Shown: one piece after another, positions 1 to 17,013 of the stretch
Layout: each line of letters opens with the position of its first letter
Numbering within the stretch: the first letter of the stretch is position 1
From: the human T2T-CHM13v2.0 reference genome, Homo sapiens
Assembly (NCBI RefSeq): GCF_009914755.1
Contig: NC_060925.1
Length of the DNA stretch: 64,000 nt
Reading direction: 5' to 3' (one strand)
The notes under the pieces: model-generated
The model's database searches: none
Told to the model about the DNA's origin: nothing
Seen by the model: the letters and a program-made list of their open reading frames with translations, nothing else
Program-made: the position numbers and the translations under genes

Positions 1-556
1 GGGGTCACACAGCTGGTGAGTGGGAAGCCAAGTGCAAACCCAGGCAGGCATATGACAGACCCTGTATCTTCCCCACTGGGTTATACGCTCTCCCCATACT
101 TGCCTGACTCTTGAAACAATGATAAACAAGTGAGCCCAGAAAAGGATGGCCAGGATGTTGAACTGGTACCACCGTGTGGAAGTTAGAAGGAAACTTAAGC
201 TCAACATTAAGGAATGATACAAGTTGAAACTGTCTATAACAATAGAAAAAACTACTTCACAGGGCAGTGCTCCTAGTCACTGGGGGCTTTCAAGCAGTGG
301 CTGGCCTGACCATGTGCCCGAGACACTAGAAAGGCACCTGCTATATGGGAGAAAAGCTGACCAAGTGAAAGATTACTTTCAAGGCTGAGATTCTCAGTCC
401 CTCCCCTATCCTGGTCATTCCATCTGGAAAAATAGACTCTGACACCAGGAGCACAGCGTCTATAATGAGCTACATTAAGCCCAGACTTGCCCCTGATTTT
501 GGTGTGTGTGATGGAGAGAAAGTGACAGTAATGCCCAGACTAAAACTTGGCCAGAA

Positions 557-682
557 CCAGGCTCAGTGGTGCGTGCCTATAATCCCAGCTACTCAGGAGT
601 ATGAGGCAGGAGGATAGCTTAAGCCCAGGAGTTTGAGACCAGCCTGGGCAACGCAGCAAGACCCTATCTCGAAAAAATAAAG
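557..682 (+). mobile_element. FLAM / monomeric Alu
   Basis: Single Alu arm with a short A tail. Confidence 0.75.
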
Positions 683-865
683 AAACTTGGCCAGGATGCC
701 TGCAATTTGAGCCAAGGGAAGAGTTGCAGAAAATATGTAAATGAGCTGTTGCTGCTGACACCTCGCTCTTCCCTGACCTGTTCTCTCCTGAGGTTCTTGT
801 GGGAGTGATAAACTCCTCTAAGCCGGCTGAAAATAGCCCGCTCCTTCTCAAAAACAAACATTTAA

Positions 866-1191
<326 letters not shown>

Positions 1192-3240
1192 TTATAAAAA
1201 GTATAAAAGAGGTTCAGTGTTTTCTAACCCAAATTAATTATACTGCAGACCAGTACCTCATCCATATTATCAGGGTGCCCCAGAAGTGAGTGACAAAGCA
1301 ACATCTCCAAGGAGGAAAGCAGAAAAGGACAGATGAGATGTGATCCAGCCCCATCCTGCCAATCCTTCAGCCAGTGACTGGGAAGCAGGGATCCTGGCTC
1401 TGAGCCAGAAGGTGGAGAAACAAGCTGAAATCTAACCCAGGAAAAAATGTGGGTGTAAGAGTTCCATCATAACCAGAGTTCCCGCACCTCATTCCCTGTA
1501 TGTCACCCCTGCCCCAAGCATAATGCCTGGAGAAGGTGGGGAAAGCGACTTACCGAGCACCAACTCTTTCAAGATATTGTGTTAATTGCTGTGGGGAGAT
1601 ACACATTTATCGGCGAGAAAGACATATGTGGATGGAATATTTCAGAACAACTTGTATTTCCAACTGGCTGATTCAGCCAATTAAAGGACACTTTTAAAAA
1701 TATAACTTAATAAGTATAAGTGTTGATGACTTTGGCCTTGGTTCTGACAACACCAAATCTGGAAGACACTGGGCCCGATTGGGATGCTTTCTATTTTGAT
1801 ACAAAAAAGTCCTTCCTGAGGTCTAGACACTCTCTGTCTCCATGCTTACCACTCTACCCCCTCCCTGCAGACTTTCCTAACAAGGAGGCCAGGACAGCTT
1901 GACCACACACAGCCCATCAGAAGGTGCCTGAGCTTCCCCTATGCCTGCCAACCCAGGCTTCTTTGCTCAGCCCCCTGGCCCCACTCCCTTCGAGGTTTCT
2001 TTCCACTGAGAACCCTCTCCACACTCCCCATCTCTGCTGTGCCACTCTTCCAGAGGTCTCAGGTTCTCTTCTTCCCGCCCCCCTCAGGTCTGGGTGCCAC
2101 CATGAGGCAGATGTCACAGGATCTCCCCGTTACCCTCCCCCAGCGCCCACGTGCACTGTGACCTGGGTTCAGCCTCACCCACAGCACAAGTACTAGAGAG
2201 CTGGTGGAGGAGGCACTCAAGCATTTCCCTGAAAAGAACAGCAGGGCCAACAATGACTCCTCCTGTCCCCTCTTCCCCCACACTATGTTCTGCTCCCCCT
2301 GACCCCAGAGCAGGTTCCCCCCAGCAAAGCCACTGGAGCAAACCCTCCTTTCTCTGCTGAGTCACTTGACCTTAATGGTAAGAGACCAGAAGCCCTGGAG
2401 AAAATCAGCTCACCCAACTTCCCAGTCGCTCTCCACACTCACATCTGAACACACACAAGAAAAGTGACCCCTGTTACAGGGATAGCAAGGAAGAGCAGAA
2501 AGGTGTGGAGAGGAGTACAGAGAAAAGAAGAGAATGAGCGAAGCTCACCCTGCTAGCCACCACCAGATGGTTAAGCTGGCTTTAAGTGGGGACACTTGGT
2601 TTCTGGATTCAGAGAAGGCCTGTTCTGCAAAGGGAAGCTATGGCTCCTAGAGGAGCTGCTGCCCCATTGGATAGCCCCCTCCTCAATCACAAGTGGGCAG
2701 CAGGGAGCAAGGAAGACTACTGGCACTGGGTGTGGTCTCTGATTCTCCCTCCACCCTAGCTCTGCCTCTAAGCCCTGCCTCAGCTGCTTTGTGACTAGAT
2801 TTCTGCACTGTCTGACAGCCCCCTCGATTATACCTAGAGCAGCTGACAGGCCCTCTCTGTATGCATGGGAACATGAGAGCAGCAAACACTCTCACTCTCA
2901 CCCCCCTAGAGGAGGCAGCATCTACCACCTGCCTCTTCCAGAACACGGGTCTGGGCACCTGAGGAGGGGTGGCCAGCCGGGCAGCTCTGAGCCACCACAA
3001 ATGAGCCATGACCACAGGGGAAGCCATGACAAAGTGGAGTCAAATAAATAACCACATCCCCCACACCTCCATTTCTCTTACTGGTTAATACACACCCACA
3101 CTCACAGTTGGGTCACACGAGGGGCAAGAAGATGGCTCGGCAGGAAACATGGAAACATCCATAAATTCTAATTCTGATTCCTCCCTCACTTCCCAATGTG
3201 GCCATGGGTAAGTGACCCATCACCTCAGAAACAGACTCTT

Positions 3241-4326
<1,086 letters not shown>

Positions 4327-5809
4327 AAAGGTCACCCTGGACAAGCTGGGAGAATAGAGTATATTGAGTGGGTAGATGGCAGAGTATATGGATGCAGAGA
4401 TTAGGGGTTCCTATAAGAAAGATACTCATCCAATTTCACAGTGTAAATCAGCTCTTCTTGAAGCACTGGGCATGCTCTCCTTGCCAGCTGGTACCATCCT
4501 GAAGTACCAATTCTCCTTATCAGAAACCCACCATCTCCCCAGCCTCTACTCACCCAGCTGGAGCTAGAAACGTACATCCAACTTGAATTTCAGCGGAATT
4601 CCTAGTCGCACACACCCACCACCCTGGCCTGTAACACCACATGTTACAGAGGCACCAAGAGCCGTAAATAACAAATCAAGAGCCTGGACAAGATACCTTC
4701 TGACTGCTCTCATTTTTACAGTTGGAAATGCTGCTTAAAGCAGTGGGTGCTGAGTAAATTAACAAGAAACCTAGAGAGACCAGGACATGGCTAGAGCTGA
4801 AGCTTCTTGACCCTCTGCAACCTTCTCCTCAAGCCACGGGCCCTAATTCAGCCATCAGCCACCCTTCAGCCCTCCCTTCAACACAGGGCAGGTTGGGCAG
4901 CTTGAAGCTGAAAAGAGAATACGCCCAAACAGCAAGGAAATGTCTCCCAGCCATAAATGCCTTGCCCGTTCTTCTGTTTGCAAAGAGCAAAGTCCATTTG
5001 GGAAGGGAAGGAATGGTACCAGCTAGTGAACCCCACACAAACCAACCTGGTCCTGAGAGATGGACACACAGGCTGAATTCACACAGCATGGCTGAAAATG
5101 GAACCGAGCAGTGTGGATTCCTTCATTCGCTCCTGCTTCTCATTCCAGGCCTTATCTTTATTTTATCACAATAAATATTTATAGGGTCAGCATTTGGCCT
5201 GGGTATTCCACAGCCACTCGCGCCCCTCTTGCTTCAGGCACTCCCAACTCAGCCCCCAGGTGCCAAACCCCCGCCCCGCCATCTCCCCCACCCTGCTGAC
5301 CTTAGCCTGTGCTCAAGGCCACACTTGGCAGACATCCTGCTGACTGTCATCTCCATTGTCAGATGGGAGATAGACAATGAGAAACGGGCTTCTCTGGGGA
5401 CTGGTTTAAGGCTTTCCTGTCAAAAAACCTCCCAGAAGCCTGAGGCCTCTAGGCATGGCCTGGGCCCCTGACACCAAGTCTGCCCTCACAGTGAGGTCCA
5501 GTTGCTTGGCAACCAGAACAGCTTGTCGGGAGGGGTTAGCTTCAGCCCACGCAGCTAGCCCCACCCATCCTTCCCGGCTGACTCCCCTCAGACACGGAGG
5601 GAACACCCAGACTGCTTCAAGCTTGGCCTTCTCTTTTCACAGCTCTCCTCAGTCCCAGCCTCTGCAGTCCCTGAGACAGCAGACAAGAGGAGCCTGAGTT
5701 CCGGGCCTGGCTCCAGGCCCTCAATTTTAAGGGGGCCAGGACAGACACCTGGGATCTGTTTGGATCTTGAGATCTCTCTTTCTCTCCCTATAAGAATCCT
5801 TGAGTTCTT

Positions 5810-6242
<433 letters not shown>

Positions 6243-6592
6243 CTAGGCAAGTCATGAGACTTCTCAGTCTCGTTGACTTCATAGATCAGAGTGGCGAGGA
6301 TGCCCCAGGTGATGGCACCTGGAAGGTGAGAGCAGTGGGGGAGGGCCTATACATACCTGAAGAGCCTTAGTGCGCATGCTGTCTCAGTGTTTCACTGAAA
6401 GAAGTGACTCATCTGTGAGTGCGAAAGCAAGTTGAAGGGTGAAGACTATCTTTAAAAATAAATATGTATAGGCCAGACAAGACTGCAATATGACATGCAC
6501 CACTTACAGTAAGGGTAACACGCATGTGCTCCTGGAATGTATTTCTACTGGTTGCAGTCAAAAATTTCGATGTCTTCCTTTTAAAACATTCT

Positions 6593-6898
6593 GGCCAGGC
6601 GCAGTGGTTCATGTCTGTAATCCCAGCACTTTGGGAAGCTGAGGCAGATGGCTCACTTGAGCCCAGAAGTTCAAGACCAGCCTGGACAACATGGTGAAAC
6701 CGTCTCTACCAAAAAATACAAAAATTAGCTGGGCACAGTGGCAAGCACGTGTAGTCCCAGCTCCTTGGGAGGCTGAGGTGGGAGGATGGCTTGAGCCAGG
6801 GAGGTCAAGGCTGCAATGAGCTATGATGTCACCAGGACACTCCAGCATGGGTGACAGAGTAAGACCGTGTCTCAAAAACAAAAACAAAAATAAAAAAA
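6593..6898 (+). mobile_element. AluJ
   Basis: Dimer with J-type ggaggatggcttgagcc..gaggtcaaggctgca. Confidence 0.9.
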
Positions 6899-7597
6899 CC
6901 TTTCTTGCTCTTGCAGATGTTCCAACCTGTGTAACTTGTGTTCTGCCCTCAGCAGAGTGAGCTGGTAAACTCCTTGAGGTAAGAGCCATGTCTCTAATTT
7001 GTCAAGAATTCCAACCATCCCACCACCATCCCCTCCGCAGGGCTGGGCTCAGAGCAGGGTTGGCCTCTAGTGCAAGCTCTTCACAGGCTGGAAAGCAGCC
7101 ACCAAATCAAAAATCACTATGGAAGGAGAGGAAGGAACCCACCGCTGACGGTGCCAGGCACTGCTCCCAAACGTGTGCTCTGGAGGTCCAAGTTCTCTCC
7201 ATTTTACAGATGAAGAAATCAAAGCTCAAAGAGGTAAAATTGTCTGGGAGATGGGGGCGGGGGGAGGACCAGGACTGACGTCTTGGTTTGGATGGCCCCT
7301 GGTTTTATCACTGCCAGGGTTAGCTCCTGAGCCGCCCTGTCAAATCCCCTAAACGTCCCATGAAGGCCAAGACGACTCACACTGCAAAACATACACACAA
7401 AGGGTCGGAAACAGCACAACATTCTTTCCTACCTGCCTTTTTCTGGCTTTCCCAGTCCCACGAGGGAGAGAGGAGAGGGCTGTGCTGGGGGCATCTGGGA
7501 TCTGTCTTCCTCCTTGTCCAGCCCTTGTCCTTCTCTGCCTCTTTTGAGGCTGACTTCCCCCAGCTCACCACCCTCCTCTCCGAACGCCAGCTAACCG

Positions 7598-7643
7598 GTT
7601 ACCCGGGCAACCCAGCTGGGAGGCCGCCAGTTACCACGGCAAC
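7598..7643. promoter_or_regulatory. Pair of RFX X-box motifs in a small CpG-rich patch
   Basis: GTTACCCGGGCAAC (7598-7611) and GTTACCACGGCAAC (7630-7643) both match GTNRCC-N2-RGYAAC. Confidence 0.65.
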
Positions 7644-8431
7644 CCAGCATGGCCGCCAGGCTGCCTTGCTTAGGAAGGTCAGGGGACCAGCCGGGCTACC
7701 GAGCAGCTGGGATGCTGCTGGCAGGACTGGCCCAGGCAGGGGGAGTGGGGTGTGGCGGGGGGGAGGTGGCCTACGTGCCTGAGATAACTAAGTTCCTGCT
7801 GTCAGGGGCCACCTTTCCCTTTGACATGTTTCCCATGAAGCAGGCTCCCCCAACTTGGGCATGAACCACAAGCCGTCCTCCCCAGTTCCATCACCCAAGC
7901 CGAACCCGACCCCTCCCACCTTCTCTACAGAGTTCCGGTCGCCTCACCTCCAGGAAGGCTTCTCAGGCTGAGCAGCAGCCAGCTGTCATTCAGCCTAACC
8001 CCAGGCCCTCTCACCCTCCGCCCTTCCTGAGCATATCCAGGAGTCCACACATATGCAACATGCGTGTGTCAGCGTGCAGATGTGGTCTCTCTGTGAAATA
8101 TGGTGGTAAAAATCATAAGGAAGAGCTAATATTTTCTAGTACTTACTATGTGCCTAGCATGTTGTAGGTGACTTGTGTGAAGTTTCTCAATTGAGCCATA
8201 CAACAATCATATTATCCTCACTTCGCAGATAGAGTGCCTGAGACTTAGAGAAGGTGAGGGACTTACTCAAGGCTGCACAGGTACTAACCAGCAGAGACAG
8301 GGTGAGGCTGTGTAGGGACCAGCTTCCTGGAATTCCTTCAGCTCCTGCCCTCCCCAAGCTCCTCCCACCAACCAATCCCAGGCCTGGTTTCAAGGTGACA
8401 TTTTTAACTTTTATTAAGTTATTAAGTTTCA

Positions 8432-8983
<552 letters not shown>

Positions 8984-9255
8984 TCATATTATTTTATTTC
9001 ATTTACTCCTTGCCGCTGCGGAGACTTCAGTCTCCTAACAGGATAGCTTAGGAAACAGAGACCCAGAGAGGTTAAGTAATTTTCCCAAGCTGAGACCCGG
9101 CTTAAGGTTTCTGCCTTGGGGAACCTCCTAGGAGAGTCTATCCTTTTCTTTTTTGGCCACCAACATATGTAGCATATGTCTGTATCATGTACAGCATGGT
9201 CGTTTGCTCACTCATCTGCTCCCTTACAAGAGCGTGAGTTTAAAAATTTTTTTTT

Positions 9256-9560
9256 GACCGGTCACAGTGGCTCACGCCTGTAGTCCCAATACTTTGGGAG
9301 GCCGAGGCAGGAGGATCACTTGAGCCCAGGAGTTTAAGACTAGCCTGGGCAACAAAGTGAGACTCTGTCTCTACAAAAAATAAAATAATCAGCCAGGTGT
9401 GGTGGTGCATGCCTGTGGTCCCAGCTACTCAGGAGGCTGAGGTGGGAGGACTGCATGAGCCTAGGAGGTGGAGACTACAGTGAGCTATGATCATGCCACT
9501 GCATTCCAGCCTGGGGGACAGAGTGAGGCCCCATCTCAAAAATAAATAAATCAAAATAAA
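9256..9560 (+). mobile_element. AluJ
   Basis: Dimeric Alu with J diagnostics. Confidence 0.9.
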
Positions 9561-11972
9561 AATTCATTTTTGCAACCTAGTACCTGCCTGGTACATAAGG
9601 AGCATGCAGTAAGTATGTACCCAAAGCAAATGGTAGGGCCAGGCTCCCAAGTTCTACCCACCACTTAATTCCATGCTGTCTCTACCACATCACCCTGTCT
9701 CATTCACTCAGCCAATCAAAAAGCAGTTACCAACCATTTTGTGACTGGCTCTGCGTGAAACATCACAGATACAAATAAGACAAATCAGGCCATCTCTTGC
9801 CTTGAAGAAGTACAGTGGAGTGAGAGGCAAGGCTGAGGAGAACAGGGAATAAATTCCCCACCACTGCCCTCACCCAAGGCTTTCTCATGAGTGTTTCTCT
9901 GTGCCTGCTCCTTGGGGCCTAACCCTCCCATCCAAAGCTTCATATATCCAACCAACATTTGTTGAGCACCTACTATGTGCTAAGTACTGCCCTGTAATCA
10001 CTCATAGTTGTGGGGAGAGTTGGCAGGATTAGAAGACAATGGAGTCAGGAATTACTGGACAGCAGAGAAGTGACTGAGAAGGTCAGAGTCCAAGAAGCAG
10101 TGGCCAGGGCCACCGGGAGCATATGGAGAACTTTAAAGAGCTTTCACATTTGATGTGATCATGGACTTTCAGGTCGCATTGCTTTATATTCACACCTACT
10201 TCCTACACCTAACTCATTTGATCCTTGGTGATAAGGGCAGGGTGGGAACTATTATTCCCATTTTAGAGATGAGGATACTGAGGCTCAGAAGGGGAAAAGC
10301 ATTGGGTTAGGAGGAGGAAACCTGGGTTCTAGACCTCACTTGTCATTCAAACAGGTCTCAGCACTACGCCTCTATCACCATACTCCCACCCGCACCACCC
10401 CACCAAAGCAGGTTTTTCTTCCCTGCTCCGATCCCCTTCAATTCCCCAGTGAGACAGCCCCAGTTTCAAGTGAGGTTAGCAGGATTGCTGGATAGCCTGG
10501 ATCCAGTCCCTGGATAGCCCACTGCTGCTCATGTGGTCCCAGGAACCAAGCAAAACCAGAACAATGACCGCACCACCTGTGGCTAGGTAGAATTTAAGAG
10601 GCTAATTGCAAGAATTTGTCTAATTAAAAGCAAATTGGCACCTGCAATTATAGATGCCTGTTCCTCTCAGATCATGATGAGCCAGACTGGGGGGACACGA
10701 TGATGTCAGAGCTAAGGAGGGACCTCACCTCCTCCTTAAAGAGGGCCCTAGGCCACCTCACTGCAGAAGTGGAGCTCCGACTAACCCGAGGAAGACATAG
10801 CTGAAACCAGGGTGGACCAGCTACCATGAAGCCTCAGCACTGATGCATGTTTATCAGATCAGCACTGGCAGCTCCAGCTCTATTTCCTGAATTCACACGG
10901 TGAGGACCAATCCTTTACAGAGACTAAGTGGGTGACCTGGGAGGACTTGACAGTATCCCTGAATACCAGCTACCCTAAAAACATTTCCCACCAATCCACC
11001 TCAGCACCCATCTGGTCTTTGAGTTAAAGCCTTGCCTTCCGAAATATGATGTTCAGTAACCGACATTTGTGTGATTATTCTCAGTTTACAAAGCACTTCC
11101 ATGTACATTACTCACCTAGGTATCAGCTAGGTAGGTGGTAGTGATACTAACCCCAGTTCTCAGGCTAGGAAGTGAAAGCTCAGAAGGATTAAGTAACTTC
11201 CACAAATCATATGGCTGCTACTTGGGTCAGGATTTGAACCCATGTCTTCAAATTCCAGATGAGCCTTCTCTCCATGACCACAGCAGGAGCTAACATACAG
11301 ATCATAATTAGTTTATCAGATAAGCTTGCGCTACTTTAGAAAGTGCAAAGAGGTCTCATGGGAATGAGAAATGCTGGGAAGATTTGACAAGGGAGAAATC
11401 AAGACAGGATGTGCACACGGCCGTGCAGGGGCGCGGACAGGGGCTGCAGGAGTACCAGCCCCAGTGGAGTATCCTATAAGCCATGCACCTGCCAGAAGAA
11501 GCCCCCAGCAAGTGTGCCATTCCAGGGGATTCTCCTGGAGGAAGTGGCTGCCCTGGGCATGTGTGTGGCCACCTCACCACATTCTGTGCCAGTAAGGCCA
11601 CAGTTCATGTGGGGGCTCCAGGAAAGCTCAAGAAAGAACTTGAGGGTCTTTGGAGGAACAGGGGCACTTAGTCTTGAACAAGGAGACTTGGGAGGGCTTG
11701 GAGGGAGAGAGACGATTATACCTGTCTTCAGATATCTATGTTTCTCATGCAAATCAACAAGGTAATAATAACAAACACATTTATCACTTATTCTGCTCAG
11801 CAGGATTCTATGTGCTTGCATATGTAACCTCATTTATCTTCACAAGAAGCTTATGAGATAGGTAGCATTATCTTCATTTTACAAATGGAGAAACTGAGGC
11901 ACAGAGAAGTAAAGCCACTGTTAGCATCATATCACTGGTAAATGGTAGATTCCAGATTCAACCTGAGTTTGA

Positions 11973-12292
<320 letters not shown>

Positions 12293-12479
12293 AACTGTGA
12301 TCTTAATGACTCTGCACACACTGCCTTTTAAGAAAAGCCAAAGACTCGAACACACAAATATGTTTATTACATGGACATATTATATATTGCATTGTTATTA
12401 ATATGGACAATGTCACATTTGATAAGTCTCTTTTTAAAAATTGTCTCACTCCCAGTCAAACAGATGGATCGAAGCAATA

Positions 12480-13620
<1,141 letters not shown>

Positions 13621-16243
13621 AAAACTATTTTTATGACCACGTAAAAGAGAGAGGTGACTTGTTCTGCACAGCTTCAAAGAATCAGAACCAGAGGGTGGAA
13701 CTTAGAAGTCGGCAGATTTTGATTCAACATAGAAGAATGTTCCAGCCACAGAGGAAGCTGCCTTGTGAGGTAATGAGCTCCCTGTCACTGAAATTATCCA
13801 AGTGAGGCTGCTGCTTCTGTCAGGGAGGCTGAGGAAGGCTCATCTGGATGTGGAGGGAGTCTGGACTAGATAGTCTCTGAGGGGCGTCTGAAGGTTGTAG
13901 GTGCTGAGCAGGAGCCCCCTGAACAGACAGATGGTCAAGGGAAGGCTTCCACTCAGCCTACCCTCAACTTCTTTTCCTTCTGCTCCCAGTTACTCTAAAT
14001 GTCTCCCAAAATATAGTCTTTTTTTCCTCTCTGAATGTGCTTTAAGTGTTTGGAGACTGGCCTGCTCAAGTCCCCTCATTAAGCCCTGGCTTCCTGAGCC
14101 CGTTCGCCTCACCCCAGAGCTCAGGGGAGTGCGAATCCTGCAGCTCTTTTGTGAGGCACAGCTCCAACCTTCCTCTGGGGGGCCCCATGGGTGCGCCAAG
14201 ACCAGTGCCAATGACCTCATCAAATTCACAACAGGCAGTGAGGAAGACGATGAGGAAATTGGCTCGGAGAACGGAACCGCAGCCTGTTCAGCACCAGTTG
14301 ACACCACGCTCCCATCTGCTGTTGCGGCTTCTTCACTCTGGCCTAGGCCAGTCCCCTGGGCCAAGAGAGCTCGCTCTATGAGCCCGAGGCTGCAGGCTGG
14401 GTCTGGGCGAGGTGGGGGCTCTGATGTCAGCCCGGGAGCCAAGGTGGCTGCCTCCCTCACTGACTGAGGGATCAGTAATTATTTCATTTACAAGCAGAAA
14501 TAATCCAACTCAATAATCCAGGCAGACACATTCAAAGTAATTATCTGTGTAAGGCGTCCTGCACCATCACCTTCCTAGGAAGGAGGAAAAGAAGCCTAGC
14601 CCAGCAAAAAAAAAGCAGGTGGGGACCCCCATTGTCTGCAGCCTGTGTGCAGCAGCCTGCCAGGATTAATTACACACCAGTGCTAACACATTTATCACCT
14701 CGCCGCTGATTGGAAAACCAATGACTTTTAATAATTCATATCTGTGGCTCGGCACTCTGTGCCCTTGTGCAAAGACACAGAAACTCGCTTGTTTCCATAA
14801 GGAAAGCCCAGTGGCAGTGCCAGGAGGGGTGCCTTCAGCCCCTCCTGCCACCCCAACCTGGAGACAGGCCAGAGCCTAGCCGCTCCCACCTCCCCTCCAC
14901 CAGCAGGGTCTGCTCATGTCCTGCTGAAGCTAAAATGCAGCTGCTCGGGGGTGAAAGCTGGCGACTGAACCGTCCTAGCCACAGGAGCCCTCCTCAGTTT
15001 CATACTCTTCCAGGGTGGCCTGGAAGACAGGATTTGGGAGATTTGTAGGGCAAGTGCCCGCAGTGCCCCCGCACCTGCCCAGACAGTGGGCTCAGGCAGA
15101 TACCTGCCAGCCAGGACCCTGCCCCACCATGCAGGAGACCCTCAGCAGAGTGCACCACTCAAGTGATCAGATTGAGGGTAAAGGGTCTACAGGGCTTTGG
15201 GAAGAGCCTCCAATCCCTGAAGGCTGCAACCTCCTCTGACACCAGCTCTGAGCTCCAGCCTCCTCCCCACCACCTTCCACCCTCCTGCAGCTCTCCCTCC
15301 CCACCCCTGTGCCCCAGGGATGGCTCTCCCTCTATCCCGGTTCTCCATCTCTGCTCTCCCAGGCTCCACAGCCCCCTTCCCTGCCCTGGCTGGCCTGTTG
15401 TCTCAAAGAGCATTTCCCAGGAGCCTCTTCTCCCTTCTTCTCCCTTCTCCCCCACCCCCGCCACTTTCCTGTCTCGCCCCGCTTCCCTCCCCTTCCACTG
15501 TAGCCCTCCTTACCCTTCTCTGGCCAGTCCCCCAACTGTCCTCCTTTCCTCAGACTCCTCACACAATACCTCGAGGCTCTTAGCTGGCTGCAGCCTGGTC
15601 CCATCATTATAAATGCCATCCCCTCATTCCCTGCCCTCCTCTACCACATACCAGGCTCCAGCTCCTTCAAGAGCTCCCCACTAAATCTGAGACCCCCAGA
15701 GCTCAGATGCGTCCTAGGAATTGGAATCCAAGAGCCTCTGTCACCCTTCGACCCAACCTCTGACTCATAAGAATGATACACACCCTGACCCCTCCCCACG
15801 CTGAGGAAGGTGAGTCCCTGGGGCTGACCTGAGCCTGACCCTGGACCCCCTCCCTCTCTCCTTCCTGCTGGCAAGATTAAAGGGAGGGTGGGCTGGCCTC
15901 TCTGTGCTAGCTTGCGTGGGGGACCCCTGCTGGACCCTAGGAAGCTGCCAGCCCCAACGCTGCCTTCATCCAGGAGATGCAATTCAAATGTAATCAATTT
16001 AAACAGCATCAGCCCTGACAGGGGACTCTGGAGGTGGGGGTGGGGGCACAGGGAGGGCTATAATTAGCATTCTCAGCATCCATGATCCCCAAGTAAGGCT
16101 GCCAAGGATGAGAGATGGGGAAGCCAGTGCTCCGCAGTGCAAGCAGCCCAGGCTCACGCGGCTGACAGGCAGCTGCCAGCCCTGACCAGAGCCCAGCCTT
16201 CCTCCTCCCACCTCATCTATGTGATGCATGAAAACAGACTCAC

Positions 16244-16465
16244 CGGCTTCTGAGGTGTGATCCCCGCGCTGGAAAGCTCTAACTCTGCGAGCCCCAAGGC
16301 ACCCCTCCCCCCAGCTCAGGCCAGCTGGGGTCCTCCTCCCCCGCCCCTGGGGCCCCCTTCTGCAGAGCGGGGCTCCGGATCTAATCTGATCTAATCAGTC
16401 ATCTCTCCGGCTGGCAGGTCCCTGGCGCAGGGAGAGGATGCTGTTGTGGTTACTGCAGGATCCAG
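16244..16465 (-). other. PLEKHA6: Probable alternative non-coding first exon of the shorter (WW-less) PLEKHA6 isoform; 5' end approximate
   Basis: Local CpG enrichment ending in a consensus donor GCCG|GTGAGT (16243-16238). Position fits my recollection of the reference PLEKHA6 transcript start (unverified). Confidence 0.5.
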
Positions 16466-17013
16466 CATCTTTCCCAGGCAGAGGCAGCTGGGCATGCTCC
16501 ATCGGCTCCCCCGGGGATTTCAGGGCCACGTGACTCTCCCTCCCCAAGCTGTCACTTAGGATCAGGAGTAAATAGTCCCCGAAAAGGTTTAACTCCATCC
16601 ACACCAGCGACAAGCTGCTAACCATCCACGCAGCCTGCCTGCCCGGGAGAGGATGGGGTGGCTCAGCACAGCCTCCTGGGCCTTCCACCACCAGGAGAAG
16701 GCTGCCCCCCAAAGGGGAGCAGGGCCACCGTCTGGGTAAGCTGCATTTTTAGAGTCCCCCACAAGAGACTGCAGGGAGCCAGAAACTGCCCAGGGTCTTA
16801 GAATCATGTGTGGGGCCTCACCCAGCCAGCCTGGTGATCACCTTTCACCTCTGTGGCTGTCTACTCCAGAGAGGGGCACGTCTCTAGGTGTCAAGAGGGC
16901 TTGGCTGGGGCCCTGGGGCCTCCCCATCCCCCGCCCCCCCCCAATATGGTGAATTTAGAGAAATAACATTTGGAGAGGGTTGGGGGCCACTATGAGATGC
17001 CAGGATGAGTGGG

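Noticed and set aside
2559-2573. CTCF-like CCACCAGATGGTT
   Set aside because: Lacks the conserved C after GG in the core; too weak to call without ChIP data.
13901-14467. Overlapping 188-aa (+) and 156-aa (-) ORFs
   Set aside because: No recognisable domain, non-ATG starts and GC-rich composition; consistent with chance ORFs in intronic DNA.
14666-14851. Peptide HRYELLKVIG resembling DYRK kinase subdomain I
   Set aside because: No GxGxxG loop or further kinase motifs follow, and the frame stops shortly after; a coincidental short match.
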